A DNA stretch of 64,000 nt from Alphaproteobacteria bacterium (GTDB taxonomy: Bacteria > Pseudomonadota > Alphaproteobacteria > JAUHZY01). Shown piece after piece: positions 11,680 through 22,614 of this stretch; the stretch's first letter is position 1, and each line of letters begins with the position of its first letter. The position numbers and the translations under genes were made by a program. The stretch covers positions 743,607 to 807,606 of the forward strand of contig JAUHZY010000001.1 in NCBI GenBank assembly GCA_030425825.1, in the 5' to 3' direction. Below the pieces are notes generated by a model, which made no database searches, was not told the DNA's origin, and worked only from the letters and a program-made list of their open reading frames with translations.

Positions 11680-12739
11680 GAAAGAGCTTCTTCCCGAAAC
11701 GCTTCTTCATTCCCTTAAAAAAGTAGCCGACGAACAATTTGAAGAGTTCTCAAAAGGTGTCAAAGCATACCATGAGCACGCTTATCGCCGCGAGATTAAC
11801 GAAAAGCCTATTCTTATGCAGGCGGGAACAACCAAGCTTATTGACTATGGTACGAAAGAAAAAAACGCACCTATTATTTTTGTCATTCCATCATTAGTGA
11901 ATAAATTTTACATCCTTGACCTGGTGCCAAAGACAAGCTTTTTAAAATCTCTTGTTGATGCTGGATATCATCCCATTGTTATCGACTGGGAAGAACCTGG
12001 CACCGAGGAAAAAACATTCTCCCTCTCTGATTACACAGCACAACGCCTGATTCCTTTTTTCGACAGCGTTCACACACAGAATCCAGAAACGCCCATTCAT
12101 GTTTTGGGATACTGCATGGGAGGCCTGATGTCTTTGCCCCTGGCACAAAAACGACAAGATAAAATTGAAAAGCTTGTTCTTCTTGCATCACCATGGGATT
12201 TTCATCAAGGCTTAGAAGAAACCCCCATTACACCAAAGCATATGAGCATTATGCGTGACCCTCTTAAGCTTTTAGTGCAAAATAATATTCCTGTTCCTGT
12301 TGACATACTTCAAAGCTGCTTTCACGCCCTAGACCCATTTTTAGTCATCAATAAGTTTGTTCAATTTTCAAAAATGGACATGCAGGATGAAAAAACTGAA
12401 AAATTTGTTGCCTTGGAAGACTGGATTAATGACGGCATCTCTCTCTCGTCAAAGGTGGCTTGGGAATGCTTTATGGGATGGTTCGAAGAAAATAGCACGG
12501 TTAACAAAAAGTGGGAAGTTCTTGGTGAAACCATCACCCCCGAAACACTTGACCTAGAAACACTTGTCATCAGCCCTCTAAACGACCGCATCGTACCACA
12601 CAGCTCGTCTTCTGCAATTATGAAAGATCTAAGAAAAGGCACATTACTTTCGCCAGAAATTGGACATATCGGTGCCGTTACCAGTAAGCGTGCAATGGAT
12701 GAGGTTTGGAAACCAATGTTTGATTGGTTAAGCGCCTAG
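11627..12739 (+). CDS. phaC: PHA synthase-like alpha/beta hydrolase (class III/IV PhaC-like size)
   Basis: Lipase-type box with Cys (GYCMGG) and a C-terminal GHIG His. The start is uncertain: the ORF is open from 11507 but overlaps the upstream ORF, so ATG 11627 is used here. Confidence 0.7.
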   Translation: MTDLAASNTFFKNNPLIKKELLPETLLHSLKKVADEQFEEFSKGVKAYHEHAYRREINEKPILMQAGTTKLIDYGTKEKNAPIIFVIPSLVNKFYILDLVPKTSFLKSLVDAGYHPIVIDWEEPGTEEKTFSLSDYTAQRLIPFFDSVHTQNPETPIHVLGYCMGGLMSLPLAQKRQDKIEKLVLLASPWDFHQGLEETPITPKHMSIMRDPLKLLVQNNIPVPVDILQSCFHALDPFLVINKFVQFSKMDMQDEKTEKFVALEDWINDGISLSSKVAWECFMGWFEENSTVNKKWEVLGETITPETLDLETLVISPLNDRIVPHSSSSAIMKDLRKGTLLSPEIGHIGAVTSKRAMDEVWKPMFDWLSA

Positions 12740-12888
12740 GAAATCGAAAATGTATGTGAACAATACGGGCATACCAAAGTTTTTTGCCCTTTTTCAAATG
12801 TCAAATAAACCTTAGGGTGCCCTTTGGGACCGCCGCCGCCATCGCAAGAAACTTTTGCTTCAGATACGATCGTTTTTGCAGTTGCCAT
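12736..12888 (-). CDS. zf-CHCC zinc-finger protein (NDUFS6 C-terminal-domain-like), 50 aa
   Basis: Not in the ORF track (under 60 aa). Translation: MATAKTIVSEAKVSCDGGGGPKGHPKVYLTFEKGQKTLVCPYCSHTFSIS, which matches the CDGGGG.LGHPKVY...C.YCG.F signature. The ATG lies 2 nt after the pyrG stop. Confidence 0.85.
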   Translation of the reverse strand: MATAKTIVSEAKVSCDGGGGPKGHPKVYLTFEKGQKTLVCPYCSHTFSIS

Positions 12889-12890
12889 AA

Positions 12891-14851
<1,961 letters not shown>

Positions 14852-14959
14852 GCTATATCGTCCTAAATTATTTAAGATATTAGACCCTGGTCTTATGTTT
14901 TAACAATGATTCCCCAAAGGGTCTAGTAAAAAGTGCCTAAACAACTGGTTTTTTATCGC

Positions 14960-15685
14960 TTAAACAGACGCGCTGTAAATCTTATGAAAGTCTTGTGGGT
15001 CCAAGCTTGCACCACCGACCAAGACACCATCCACACCATCACAGTTTAAAATATCTGCGGCATTTCCTGGCTTAACAGACCCACCATACAACAAAGGCAA
15101 TCTGACTTGGAACTTTTTCATCACATAATCCGTGATAAACTTATGTGACTTTTCAATATCTTCAAGCGATGCGACCTGACCTGTCCCAATAGCCCATACA
15201 GGCTCATAAGCAATAATAAGCTTATCAAGAACAATGCCCTCAGGAATTGAATGATCAAGTTGAGAGGCCAAAACCTTTTCAACATCATCACGCTGCTCCA
15301 ACGTTTCACCAATACATAAAATTACTGTGAGACCCTCTTTTTGAGCAGCTACTACCTTTGAAGCAATAAGCTCATTAGACTCACCATATATACTACGACG
15401 CTCAGAATGACCAATAATAACATGGTCAACATCACAGTCCTTGAGCATTCTAGCGCTTACTTCGCCTGTAAAAGCACCATCAGGCGCCTCACAAACATTT
15501 TGCGCACCAACACGCACGGCATCAGGCAAAGAAGCGGACAAGCATGCAATATAAGGCAGAGGTGGACAAACAATACATTCTTGGCCCTCCAAAGGGACAA
15601 AAAGTTCAGAAAAAGTCTTTGCCCATCTTTGTACAAAAGACTGACTGGCATTCATTTTCCAATTACCAACAATATATTTCTTCAC
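14960..15685 (-). CDS. tpiA: Triosephosphate isomerase
   Basis: GNWKMN, IGHSERR, AYEPVWAIGTG. Confidence 0.95.
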   Translation of the reverse strand: MKKYIVGNWKMNASQSFVQRWAKTFSELFVPLEGQECIVCPPLPYIACLSASLPDAVRVGAQNVCEAPDGAFTGEVSARMLKDCDVDHVIIGHSERRSIYGESNELIASKVVAAQKEGLTVILCIGETLEQRDDVEKVLASQLDHSIPEGIVLDKLIIAYEPVWAIGTGQVASLEDIEKSHKFITDYVMKKFQVRLPLLYGGSVKPGNAADILNCDGVDGVLVGGASLDPQDFHKIYSASV

Positions 15686-15696
15686 AAGGTCCTCTT

Positions 15697-16893
15697 TTAG
15701 TTTTGTTGCTTCACATAGTTTATAACATCATCTTTTGACGGCTTAAAGTCTTGCTTGATCCACCATGATTTTGCAAGACTTAAAGCTTTGCCAAGCGCCA
15801 CACCTTCGGCAAAACCTTCTTTCTTTAAGTCATGCCCTGAGACAGGAAAAACCGGACATTCAAACGCATCAAGAAAATCAAGAAAATACATTAAATTACA
15901 ATTATTTGACAAATAAAGATAATCTATAACATTATCTTTATTGTGAAACATTAAGAGCCTTTTTACAACATCTAAATCCAACGAATTTTGCGCATTACTT
16001 TTCCGCAACACAAAATCTTCTAGCCGCTTGCGTTGTTTTTTCGACAAGACAAAATGCCGAGCAATTTTTTGTGAATCAACCTTGTCGTTAAGAGCAAAGA
16101 GAAATCTTCGAAACCCTTCAGCATCACATGCTCTTTCTTTTTCCAAGTAGCTTTTTAAGGAACTCACATTAGAAAGGAGTGAAAAAAAATGGGGAAGCGT
16201 TTTAAGCATTGCATCATATGCTAGAAACATGTGTTTCTGTGCAAACATTTTAAAAACCTCGTGATGAACACGCTCGCAAGATAATTGAGAAAGAGCATCC
16301 TCATGTTTTTTGAAAAGCGCCAAAATTGTGCTATCTGCTTCAACATCCTCAAAATAACTTAAAAAACGAAAATATCTTAAGACACGCAGATAATCTTCTT
16401 GAATACGAGACTCCGCATCCCCTATAAAGCGTATATGCCTTGCCTTGAGATCTTTCAGACCTTCGAAATAGTCATATAAAATCAATCCATCACTAGAAAG
16501 ATAAAGTGCATTCATTGTAAAATCGCGACGCGACGCATCTTGCTGCCAATCATCTGTAAATGATACTTTTGCGTGACGACCATCTGTTTCTAGATCCCGC
16601 CGCAAGGTTGTAATTTCAAAGCAATGGCTATCAATAACGGCCATCACTGTCCCATGCTCAATACCAATAGGAAGCACCTTAATTTTCTTAGCCTCTAAAA
16701 GTTTCACAACATTTTGAGGAAGCAATGCTGTTGCAAGGTCGATATCTGTGACAGGCCGCCCAATAATGCTATCGCGCACAGCGCCACCAACCAAACGTAT
16801 TTCATGACCTGAAGACTTAAACACATCTAGTAATCTCTGCAACGCAGGATTATTCATCCAAGCTAGATCTAAATGATGATTTTGTATTTCCAC
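15697..16893 (-). CDS. cca: CCA-adding enzyme / poly(A) polymerase-family tRNA nucleotidyltransferase
   Basis: N-terminal head domain: RLVGGAVRDSIIGRPVTDIDLAT ... RRDFTMNALY. Confidence 0.85.
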   Translation of the reverse strand: MEIQNHHLDLAWMNNPALQRLLDVFKSSGHEIRLVGGAVRDSIIGRPVTDIDLATALLPQNVVKLLEAKKIKVLPIGIEHGTVMAVIDSHCFEITTLRRDLETDGRHAKVSFTDDWQQDASRRDFTMNALYLSSDGLILYDYFEGLKDLKARHIRFIGDAESRIQEDYLRVLRYFRFLSYFEDVEADSTILALFKKHEDALSQLSCERVHHEVFKMFAQKHMFLAYDAMLKTLPHFFSLLSNVSSLKSYLEKERACDAEGFRRFLFALNDKVDSQKIARHFVLSKKQRKRLEDFVLRKSNAQNSLDLDVVKRLLMFHNKDNVIDYLYLSNNCNLMYFLDFLDAFECPVFPVSGHDLKKEGFAEGVALGKALSLAKSWWIKQDFKPSKDDVINYVKQQN

Positions 16894-16918
16894 TTTCCCT
16901 CACACGCGCCGGATGCGG

Positions 16919-17089
16919 TTAAAAATCTATACAGCGCCCTTTAAATTCCCAATCACCGTATCGTGTTGGATCTCTTTCTTTTAAAGCTTTTTTCAGCTTT
17001 TCTTCTTCTGTTATTTCAGCAGGGTCTTCTTGCTGCTGCACAGACTGCGCCATAAAGTCATTAAGATCAGGCTCTTTCTCAGAAGTCAT
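16919..17089 (-). CDS. DUF1674 / SDHAF4-like small protein, 56 aa
   Basis: Not in the ORF track. Translation: MTSEKEPDLNDFMAQSVQQQEDPAEITEEEKLKKALKERDPTRYGDWEFKGRCIDF. The C-terminal PTRYGDWE.KGRCIDF is the DUF1674/SDHAF4 signature. The ATG overlaps the upstream gene's stop. Confidence 0.85.
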   Translation of the reverse strand: MTSEKEPDLNDFMAQSVQQQEDPAEITEEEKLKKALKERDPTRYGDWEFKGRCIDF

Positions 17090-17729
17090 TTAGAATCTCC
17101 AATTGATTTATGTCTATTACCTTTATCATGGGACCATAATATTTTTCAACTAATCCGCGCACCATAACTGTTTTTCCGTGAAGATTTTCTGGAGAAAAAC
17201 CTTCACGTGACATTTTTCTCAGGTCTTTTTTTTCAATTAAGATGGTGAAGTCTTCTTTCCAATCTTTATCAAAATTAATATAAAGAACTTTTTTTGCTAA
17301 ATAGGTTCCAAAAACTTTCCCCTTAACAACTTGAAAGCTGCCAATATCTTTGCCTACAACATTGGCTTGTTTTACCTCATACTCTGGCAAGCCCCACAAA
17401 CCAAGACGTTTAGTTATGGCTGCTTTTTCATTTTCTTTGTATTTACCACCCGAAATACGCCGCGCCCATCCTCTCTCTAAAAGAGCTTCTTGCAATATTT
17501 GACTGTCGAAAAAAAGCTCTGCATAAGCATCGCCATAACGATCTTGTGTTTTATTTAACACAGAAAAAGACTTTCCCTGTATAAACGCTTGCGCCTTTTC
17601 TACAAATGGTGGCAAGACCTCTATGTCACTTAGGAAAATTTTTTGATCATCAATAAAAACATAAAACGAAGAAGCTATGCTTAGAGAAGGAAGTAGCCAT
17701 AAACTAAGAACTAGAAAGAGCCGCAACAC
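17079..17729 (-). CDS. Exported SNase (thermonuclease)-like protein, apparently degenerate catalytic site
   Basis: Signal peptide MLRLFLVLSLWLLPSLSIASS. DRYGDAYAELFFDSQILQEALLERGWAR resembles the SNase core D(K/R)YGR.LAY....G..VNE.LV..GLA. Confidence 0.45.
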   Translation of the reverse strand: MLRLFLVLSLWLLPSLSIASSFYVFIDDQKIFLSDIEVLPPFVEKAQAFIQGKSFSVLNKTQDRYGDAYAELFFDSQILQEALLERGWARRISGGKYKENEKAAITKRLGLWGLPEYEVKQANVVGKDIGSFQVVKGKVFGTYLAKKVLYINFDKDWKEDFTILIEKKDLRKMSREGFSPENLHGKTVMVRGLVEKYYGPMIKVIDINQLEILNDF

Positions 17730-18903
17730 CAGGAAGATCCTTCCCTTCTAACCACTCTAAAAAAGCGCCACCTGCCGTAGAAATATAACTCAGACCACGC
17801 TCAACACCTGAAGACGCCAATGCTGCAACCGTATCACCACCGCCAGCGACACTCAGAAGTTTCCCACTTGCCGTCAGTGCTGCTGCTTTGGCAGCTATTT
17901 TCGCAGTTCCATGGTCAAAAGGCTCAATTTCAAAAGCACCAAGCGGTCCATTCCATATCAATGTTTTTGACTTATCTAAATATGATGAAATATGATGAAC
18001 CGTACGCTCACCTAGATCTAAAATCATTTCATCTTCCGGCATATTTTCCAGAAGAACTGTTTTTGATGGGGTGTTTTTTGACAAAGACGGTGCGACAACG
18101 ACATCTAAAGGCAGAATAACTTCACATTGTTTATCTGCCGATTCATCCAAAATTTTTCTCGCTGTATCCAGCATCTCATCTTCGACCAGCGACGTACCGA
18201 TTGACTGCCCCTGAGCCTTTAAAAAAGTATTTGCCATCGCGCCACCAATGACCAGAAAATCTACCTTATTCATCAGATTCGAAAGCAAGCTAAGTTTTGT
18301 AGAAACTTTTGAGCCACCAACAATACCCATCACTGGCGTTGCCGGGCTTTCTAAACTCCCTGACAAAGCTTCAAGCTCGGCTTCCATCAGGCGCCCTGCT
18401 GCACTTCTCAGATGCTTGGGAAGCCCAACAACCGAAGCATGAGAGCGATGGGATGCTGAGAAAGCATCATTAATATAAAAATCTGCGTAAGAAGCTAAAC
18501 GTTCGGCTATAAAAGCGCTATTTTCCTCTTCGCCTTTTTCAAACCTTAAGTTTTCAAACACAACAACCTTGCCCGGCTCAAGAGATTGGGCAGCACCTTG
18601 TGCTAGCTCACCCAACAAGTCAGGAATAAAAGTAACATCGAAATCAACAAGGCCATCTAATGCCTCAACAACAGGACGAAGAGACAGCTCGGGAACAACT
18701 TTCCCTTTAGGTCGGCCTAGATGTGAAATCAAAATAATTTTTGCATGACGACTCACAAGATCTTTCAAAGTTGGTAAAATACGCAGCAGGCGCGTTACAT
18801 CACCAACATTCCCTGCATCATCCAGAGGAACATTTAAATCAACACGCACAATGACTGTCTTATCAGCAACGTCTAGGTCATCAATTGAAAAATAAGATGT
18901 CAT
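17704..18903 (-). CDS. pgk: Phosphoglycerate kinase
   Basis: RVDLNVP near the N-terminus and GGGDT near the C-terminus. The start is set to ATG 18903 (MTSYFSIDDLD..), which avoids overlap with trxA. Confidence 0.95.
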   Translation of the reverse strand: MTSYFSIDDLDVADKTVIVRVDLNVPLDDAGNVGDVTRLLRILPTLKDLVSRHAKIILISHLGRPKGKVVPELSLRPVVEALDGLVDFDVTFIPDLLGELAQGAAQSLEPGKVVVFENLRFEKGEEENSAFIAERLASYADFYINDAFSASHRSHASVVGLPKHLRSAAGRLMEAELEALSGSLESPATPVMGIVGGSKVSTKLSLLSNLMNKVDFLVIGGAMANTFLKAQGQSIGTSLVEDEMLDTARKILDESADKQCEVILPLDVVVAPSLSKNTPSKTVLLENMPEDEMILDLGERTVHHISSYLDKSKTLIWNGPLGAFEIEPFDHGTAKIAAKAAALTASGKLLSVAGGGDTVAALASSGVERGLSYISTAGGAFLEWLEGKDLPGVAALSSS

Positions 18904-18908
18904 GATTT

Positions 18909-19238
18909 TTACAGAACTGATTCCAGCCACTCTTTTAGCTGAACTTTTGGTAACGCACCAACTTTCGTCGCTTTCAATTCACCATTTTGAAACAACATCA
19001 TCGTCGGAATACCACGCACACCATAAGAGGTTGGTGTTTCAGGATTTTCATCAATGTTTACCTTTGCAATATCAACCTGATCAGCCATTTCTTCTGATAA
19101 CTCGTCTAAGACAGGCGCAACAGCTTTGCAAGGCCCACACCACTCAGCCCAAAAGTCTACCAAAACAGGTTTTGAAGCCTTCAATACTTCTGCATCAAAG
19201 TTATCGTCACTAACAGATTTTGCTTTACTCATTATCAT
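18909..19238 (-). CDS. trxA: Thioredoxin
   Basis: WCGPC active site. About 107 aa. Confidence 0.95.
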   Translation of the reverse strand: MIMSKAKSVSDDNFDAEVLKASKPVLVDFWAEWCGPCKAVAPVLDELSEEMADQVDIAKVNIDENPETPTSYGVRGIPTMMLFQNGELKATKVGALPKVQLKEWLESVL

Positions 19239-19263
19239 ACCTCATATGGTTAAAATTATTTTA

Positions 19264-22200
19264 TTAAACATGGTGTTTTAAAGTGATTTCGTCAAGGACA
19301 TTACCCACAATCCAAAGAATATATCCTCGAATTCTGTGGTTCGGGTAGACTTTCTGCATCGCCTCAATATATGACTCTATTTGCTCTTCATAGTACACAG
19401 GCATTTCATGTGGACGACTTCCTGTTTTAAAATCTAATATCAAAACCTCATCATTTGTCACGGCCACCCGATCAATTTGACCTGAAACAATACGGTTATT
19501 TGCATTTGATATCACAGGAACTTCTGCATAAGAGTTTTCACCAAAAAACACCTTCAGCTTTTCATCTTCCAAAACATTTAGCGTGGATGCGATAATATCT
19601 TTGATGTCTTGATCGCCCTCATCAACACGTTTTTTTAAATATTCTTCTGCTATTTTTGCACGTTTTTCAGCAGCAAATTCTGGCAAATACTCTAAAAGTT
19701 TATGAATTAAAATACCGCGCTCTTTGGCCTGGCTTGGTTTTTGTAAATGCTGATCACTTATATTCTTCTGCACAGCAGGCATAATCTTTTGCAAATCGAC
19801 TGTTGAAGGTGCAAGATAATCTGTTGAGAAACTGCTGCCATCGACCATCTGAAAAGCCCAATCGGGTATTTTAATGTCTGTCAGGGCTACTGCGGCATGA
19901 TGATCTTTTTCGATAACTTCCTTTTCTTGTGACGCAATGACAGCATCCACATCACCCAAAGCGTTTGATACGTACTGATACCATGCACCATCAGGCATCT
20001 TTTTCGTATCACCAAACCCAGCAACATAAAGTTCATCTTCGGCACGCGTCATCGCGACATATAACAAACGATGGTGCTCTTGAAGCAATTGCTCATTTTT
20101 TTCATCCATCATTTTATCAATATATTCAGACGTCACTTTTCTAGAAGGCGCCCAAAAAACAAGCCCATCATCTTCAAAAATATAGCCTGTTTGGTCAATT
20201 GATGACCTTTCCACCCGCAAAGCCGCATCAGCTAAAATAACGATTGGCGCCTGCAAGCCTTTTGAACCATGTACAGTCATAATACGCACATGGTCATGAT
20301 CTGCATTTTCGAACTCTCTTTTCAAATCACGGTCATATGACTGAATCCATTCAAGGAAAAGCTGTAAAGACTTCACATGGTTTTTTTCAAAAGCATTTGC
20401 AAGCTCTATAAATTCGACCATAACCTCTTCAACCTGACCACCCAAACGCGAGATAAACTTGCTGAACACATCAAGCTCGTAAAGAACAAAACGAATAAAT
20501 GAACAGGGTGACCTTCGCGCTGATTCAGAAAGACATTTTTGTAAAAACATGACGGCATCTTGATGTTTTGCAGATTCAATAATACGCTGCCAAAGTGTTT
20601 TGTCATTGCGCCCAACACATAACTCAAACAGCGCTTCTTCGCTAAGACCTATAAAGGGGCTTTTTAATACACAAGCTAAAGACATGTCATCACTTGGCAA
20701 TAACACAAAATTTATCAAGGCAAGACAATCTTGAACTGCAATATCATCAAGAATTTTCAAACGATCAATACCACCCACATCAATACCGCGCCTTTTTAAA
20801 GCCCCTGGCAAAGATTGGAAAAGCTGATGCCTTTTGCGGCACAAAATCATGATGTCTCCAGGCGTTACAGCGCGTCCTTTACTTGTTAAAACACGCTCTT
20901 CAGAAATCCAACTTGCGATTCTCTCTGCGATATCTTCAGCGGCTTTTGTATGTAGATTCCCTTGCTTGCTTTGTGTTGCAAAATCAATCTCTGAAGATAA
21001 CTCTTCATCCTTTTCAACTAATGGCCAAACGGCAACAACCCCACCCTCTTTCTCACGATAAGTTTCATGATGAATGGGCTCGTCAAAAACAACGCCGCTT
21101 GAGGCATCACCTTGTTGAAAAACATCATCAACAACCTGTAAAACAGGCACTGTTGAACGAAATGATAATGTCAGATTGATTTCTCTCCAAACTTTTTTTG
21201 AAGCCTCTATTCGAGATTTTAGTGTTTTTTTCATGGAGTAAAATTGCGCTATATCTGCACCTTGAAAGCTGTAAATAGATTGTTTGGCATCACCAACGAC
21301 AAATAATGTTCTTGTTTGACTTGCTTTTGATTGTCCTGAATAAAAATCGTCCAACACAGACTCAACAATCTTCCATTGATACGGCGATGTATCTTGTGCT
21401 TCATCTAATAAAATATGATCAATCCCTCCATCCAGCTTATAAAGCACCCAGTCCGATTGCTCTTGGTTATTTAACAAGGCATGTGACTTATAAATTAAAT
21501 CATCATAATCCAATATATTTCGATCTCTCTTAATTTTACGATAAATCTTCAAAGCGACCCGCGCCAAGCTAAGCAAAGCCATGCTGTGATTAGCAATATA
21601 AATTGCGTTTGTTTTCTCCACCACCGTATATAAGCGATCAAATTCCTCCTTCATGAAGGTTAGAGCATCTCGATTGTTTTTAAGTGCAGACTTGGTCGCC
21701 AAAGGTTTTCGTGCCGTTCTTTGCTGCGTCATGAAGACACTACAATAGGCCTCAAACATCCCTCTTCTTTTAGAAGAAGGTGCAACAATCCAATCATGTA
21801 TTTTCTGCGCCTTCGTTTGATCAGTCTTACTTCCCTTCATAAGGCACTTAACAACTGCTGCAAGCTTTTCTTTATCAAAACAATCGTCAGAGCAAGCTTG
21901 ATCAAGCACATGTGTGTCTTCCAGCTCGTCAATCGTCAAATCAAGCCTTGAACACAAAGCTGTTTTTAACGCGTTATCATCTGTATATTTTTCAAACAAG
22001 CCACTCAAAGCATCACGCCTTGACAAAGCTTGCGACAAAAGAGAAGAAAACTGACTATATGAAAGCGTTTTTGTTAATTGATCAAAAGACTTTTGAAGTG
22101 ACTCATCTACTGCCAGCTCAGGACTCTTCAGAACTTGCGATCGACATAATGCCAACATTTCATCAGCCATACGATCATCTGCAAGGGAAAAATTCACAGG

Positions 22201-22614
22201 CACGCCGGCTTCAATCGGAAAGCGCTTCAACAAACTTTGACAAAAGCCATGAATAGTGTGAATACCAATTTCTTCTTCAAACATTGTACTATACAAAGAA
22301 CGTGCAATATCAATTTCTTGACTAGGGTTTTTAATACCTAAATCCTGCAGAGCATCAGCAAGCTTGTCTTGCTCCAATGATTGCCACTCCCCTGCACGCT
22401 GCAATAAGCGCTCTTTCATTTCAGCTGCTGCAGCATTCGTGAATGTTAGACAAAGTATTTTTGAAGGCGCAGCACCTTCTAACAACAAACGAGTCACACG
22501 ATCAATCAGCAATCTTGTTTTACCCGTTCCTGCATTGGCTTCAACCCAAACATTGGCATCTGGGTCAAGTGCTTGATAGCGAAGCTGGTTCAAGTTTTCT
22601 AACATCAGCTCCAC
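19264..22614 (-). CDS. addA: Double-strand break repair helicase-nuclease AddA
   Basis: UvrD-type Walker A (ANAGTGKT) and a C-terminal PD-(D/E)XK nuclease region (..DRVAV..VLILDFKTG). Lies downstream of addB. Confidence 0.9.
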   Translation of the reverse strand: MELMLENLNQLRYQALDPDANVWVEANAGTGKTRLLIDRVTRLLLEGAAPSKILCLTFTNAAAAEMKERLLQRAGEWQSLEQDKLADALQDLGIKNPSQEIDIARSLYSTMFEEEIGIHTIHGFCQSLLKRFPIEAGVPVNFSLADDRMADEMLALCRSQVLKSPELAVDESLQKSFDQLTKTLSYSQFSSLLSQALSRRDALSGLFEKYTDDNALKTALCSRLDLTIDELEDTHVLDQACSDDCFDKEKLAAVVKCLMKGSKTDQTKAQKIHDWIVAPSSKRRGMFEAYCSVFMTQQRTARKPLATKSALKNNRDALTFMKEEFDRLYTVVEKTNAIYIANHSMALLSLARVALKIYRKIKRDRNILDYDDLIYKSHALLNNQEQSDWVLYKLDGGIDHILLDEAQDTSPYQWKIVESVLDDFYSGQSKASQTRTLFVVGDAKQSIYSFQGADIAQFYSMKKTLKSRIEASKKVWREINLTLSFRSTVPVLQVVDDVFQQGDASSGVVFDEPIHHETYREKEGGVVAVWPLVEKDEELSSEIDFATQSKQGNLHTKAAEDIAERIASWISEERVLTSKGRAVTPGDIMILCRKRHQLFQSLPGALKRRGIDVGGIDRLKILDDIAVQDCLALINFVLLPSDDMSLACVLKSPFIGLSEEALFELCVGRNDKTLWQRIIESAKHQDAVMFLQKCLSESARRSPCSFIRFVLYELDVFSKFISRLGGQVEEVMVEFIELANAFEKNHVKSLQLFLEWIQSYDRDLKREFENADHDHVRIMTVHGSKGLQAPIVILADAALRVERSSIDQTGYIFEDDGLVFWAPSRKVTSEYIDKMMDEKNEQLLQEHHRLLYVAMTRAEDELYVAGFGDTKKMPDGAWYQYVSNALGDVDAVIASQEKEVIEKDHHAAVALTDIKIPDWAFQMVDGSSFSTDYLAPSTVDLQKIMPAVQKNISDQHLQKPSQAKERGILIHKLLEYLPEFAAEKRAKIAEEYLKKRVDEGDQDIKDIIASTLNVLEDEKLKVFFGENSYAEVPVISNANNRIVSGQIDRVAVTNDEVLILDFKTGSRPHEMPVYYEEQIESYIEAMQKVYPNHRIRGYILWIVGNVLDEITLKHHV

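Noticed and set aside
11320-12739. The idea that ORF119 and the PhaC-like ORF are a single phaC gene broken by a +1 frameshift (a pseudogene).
   Set aside because: The region after 11627 alone has the length and motifs of short class III/IV PhaC proteins, and ORF119 looks like an independent coiled-coil protein. This cannot be fully excluded without comparative data, so it is kept as an alternative in the finding.
14852-14959. The inverted repeat AGACCCT...AGGGTCT in the tpiA-secG spacer, as a terminator or small RNA.
   Set aside because: It has only a 7-bp stem with a ~29-nt loop and no U-tract, so it is not convincing as a structured element.
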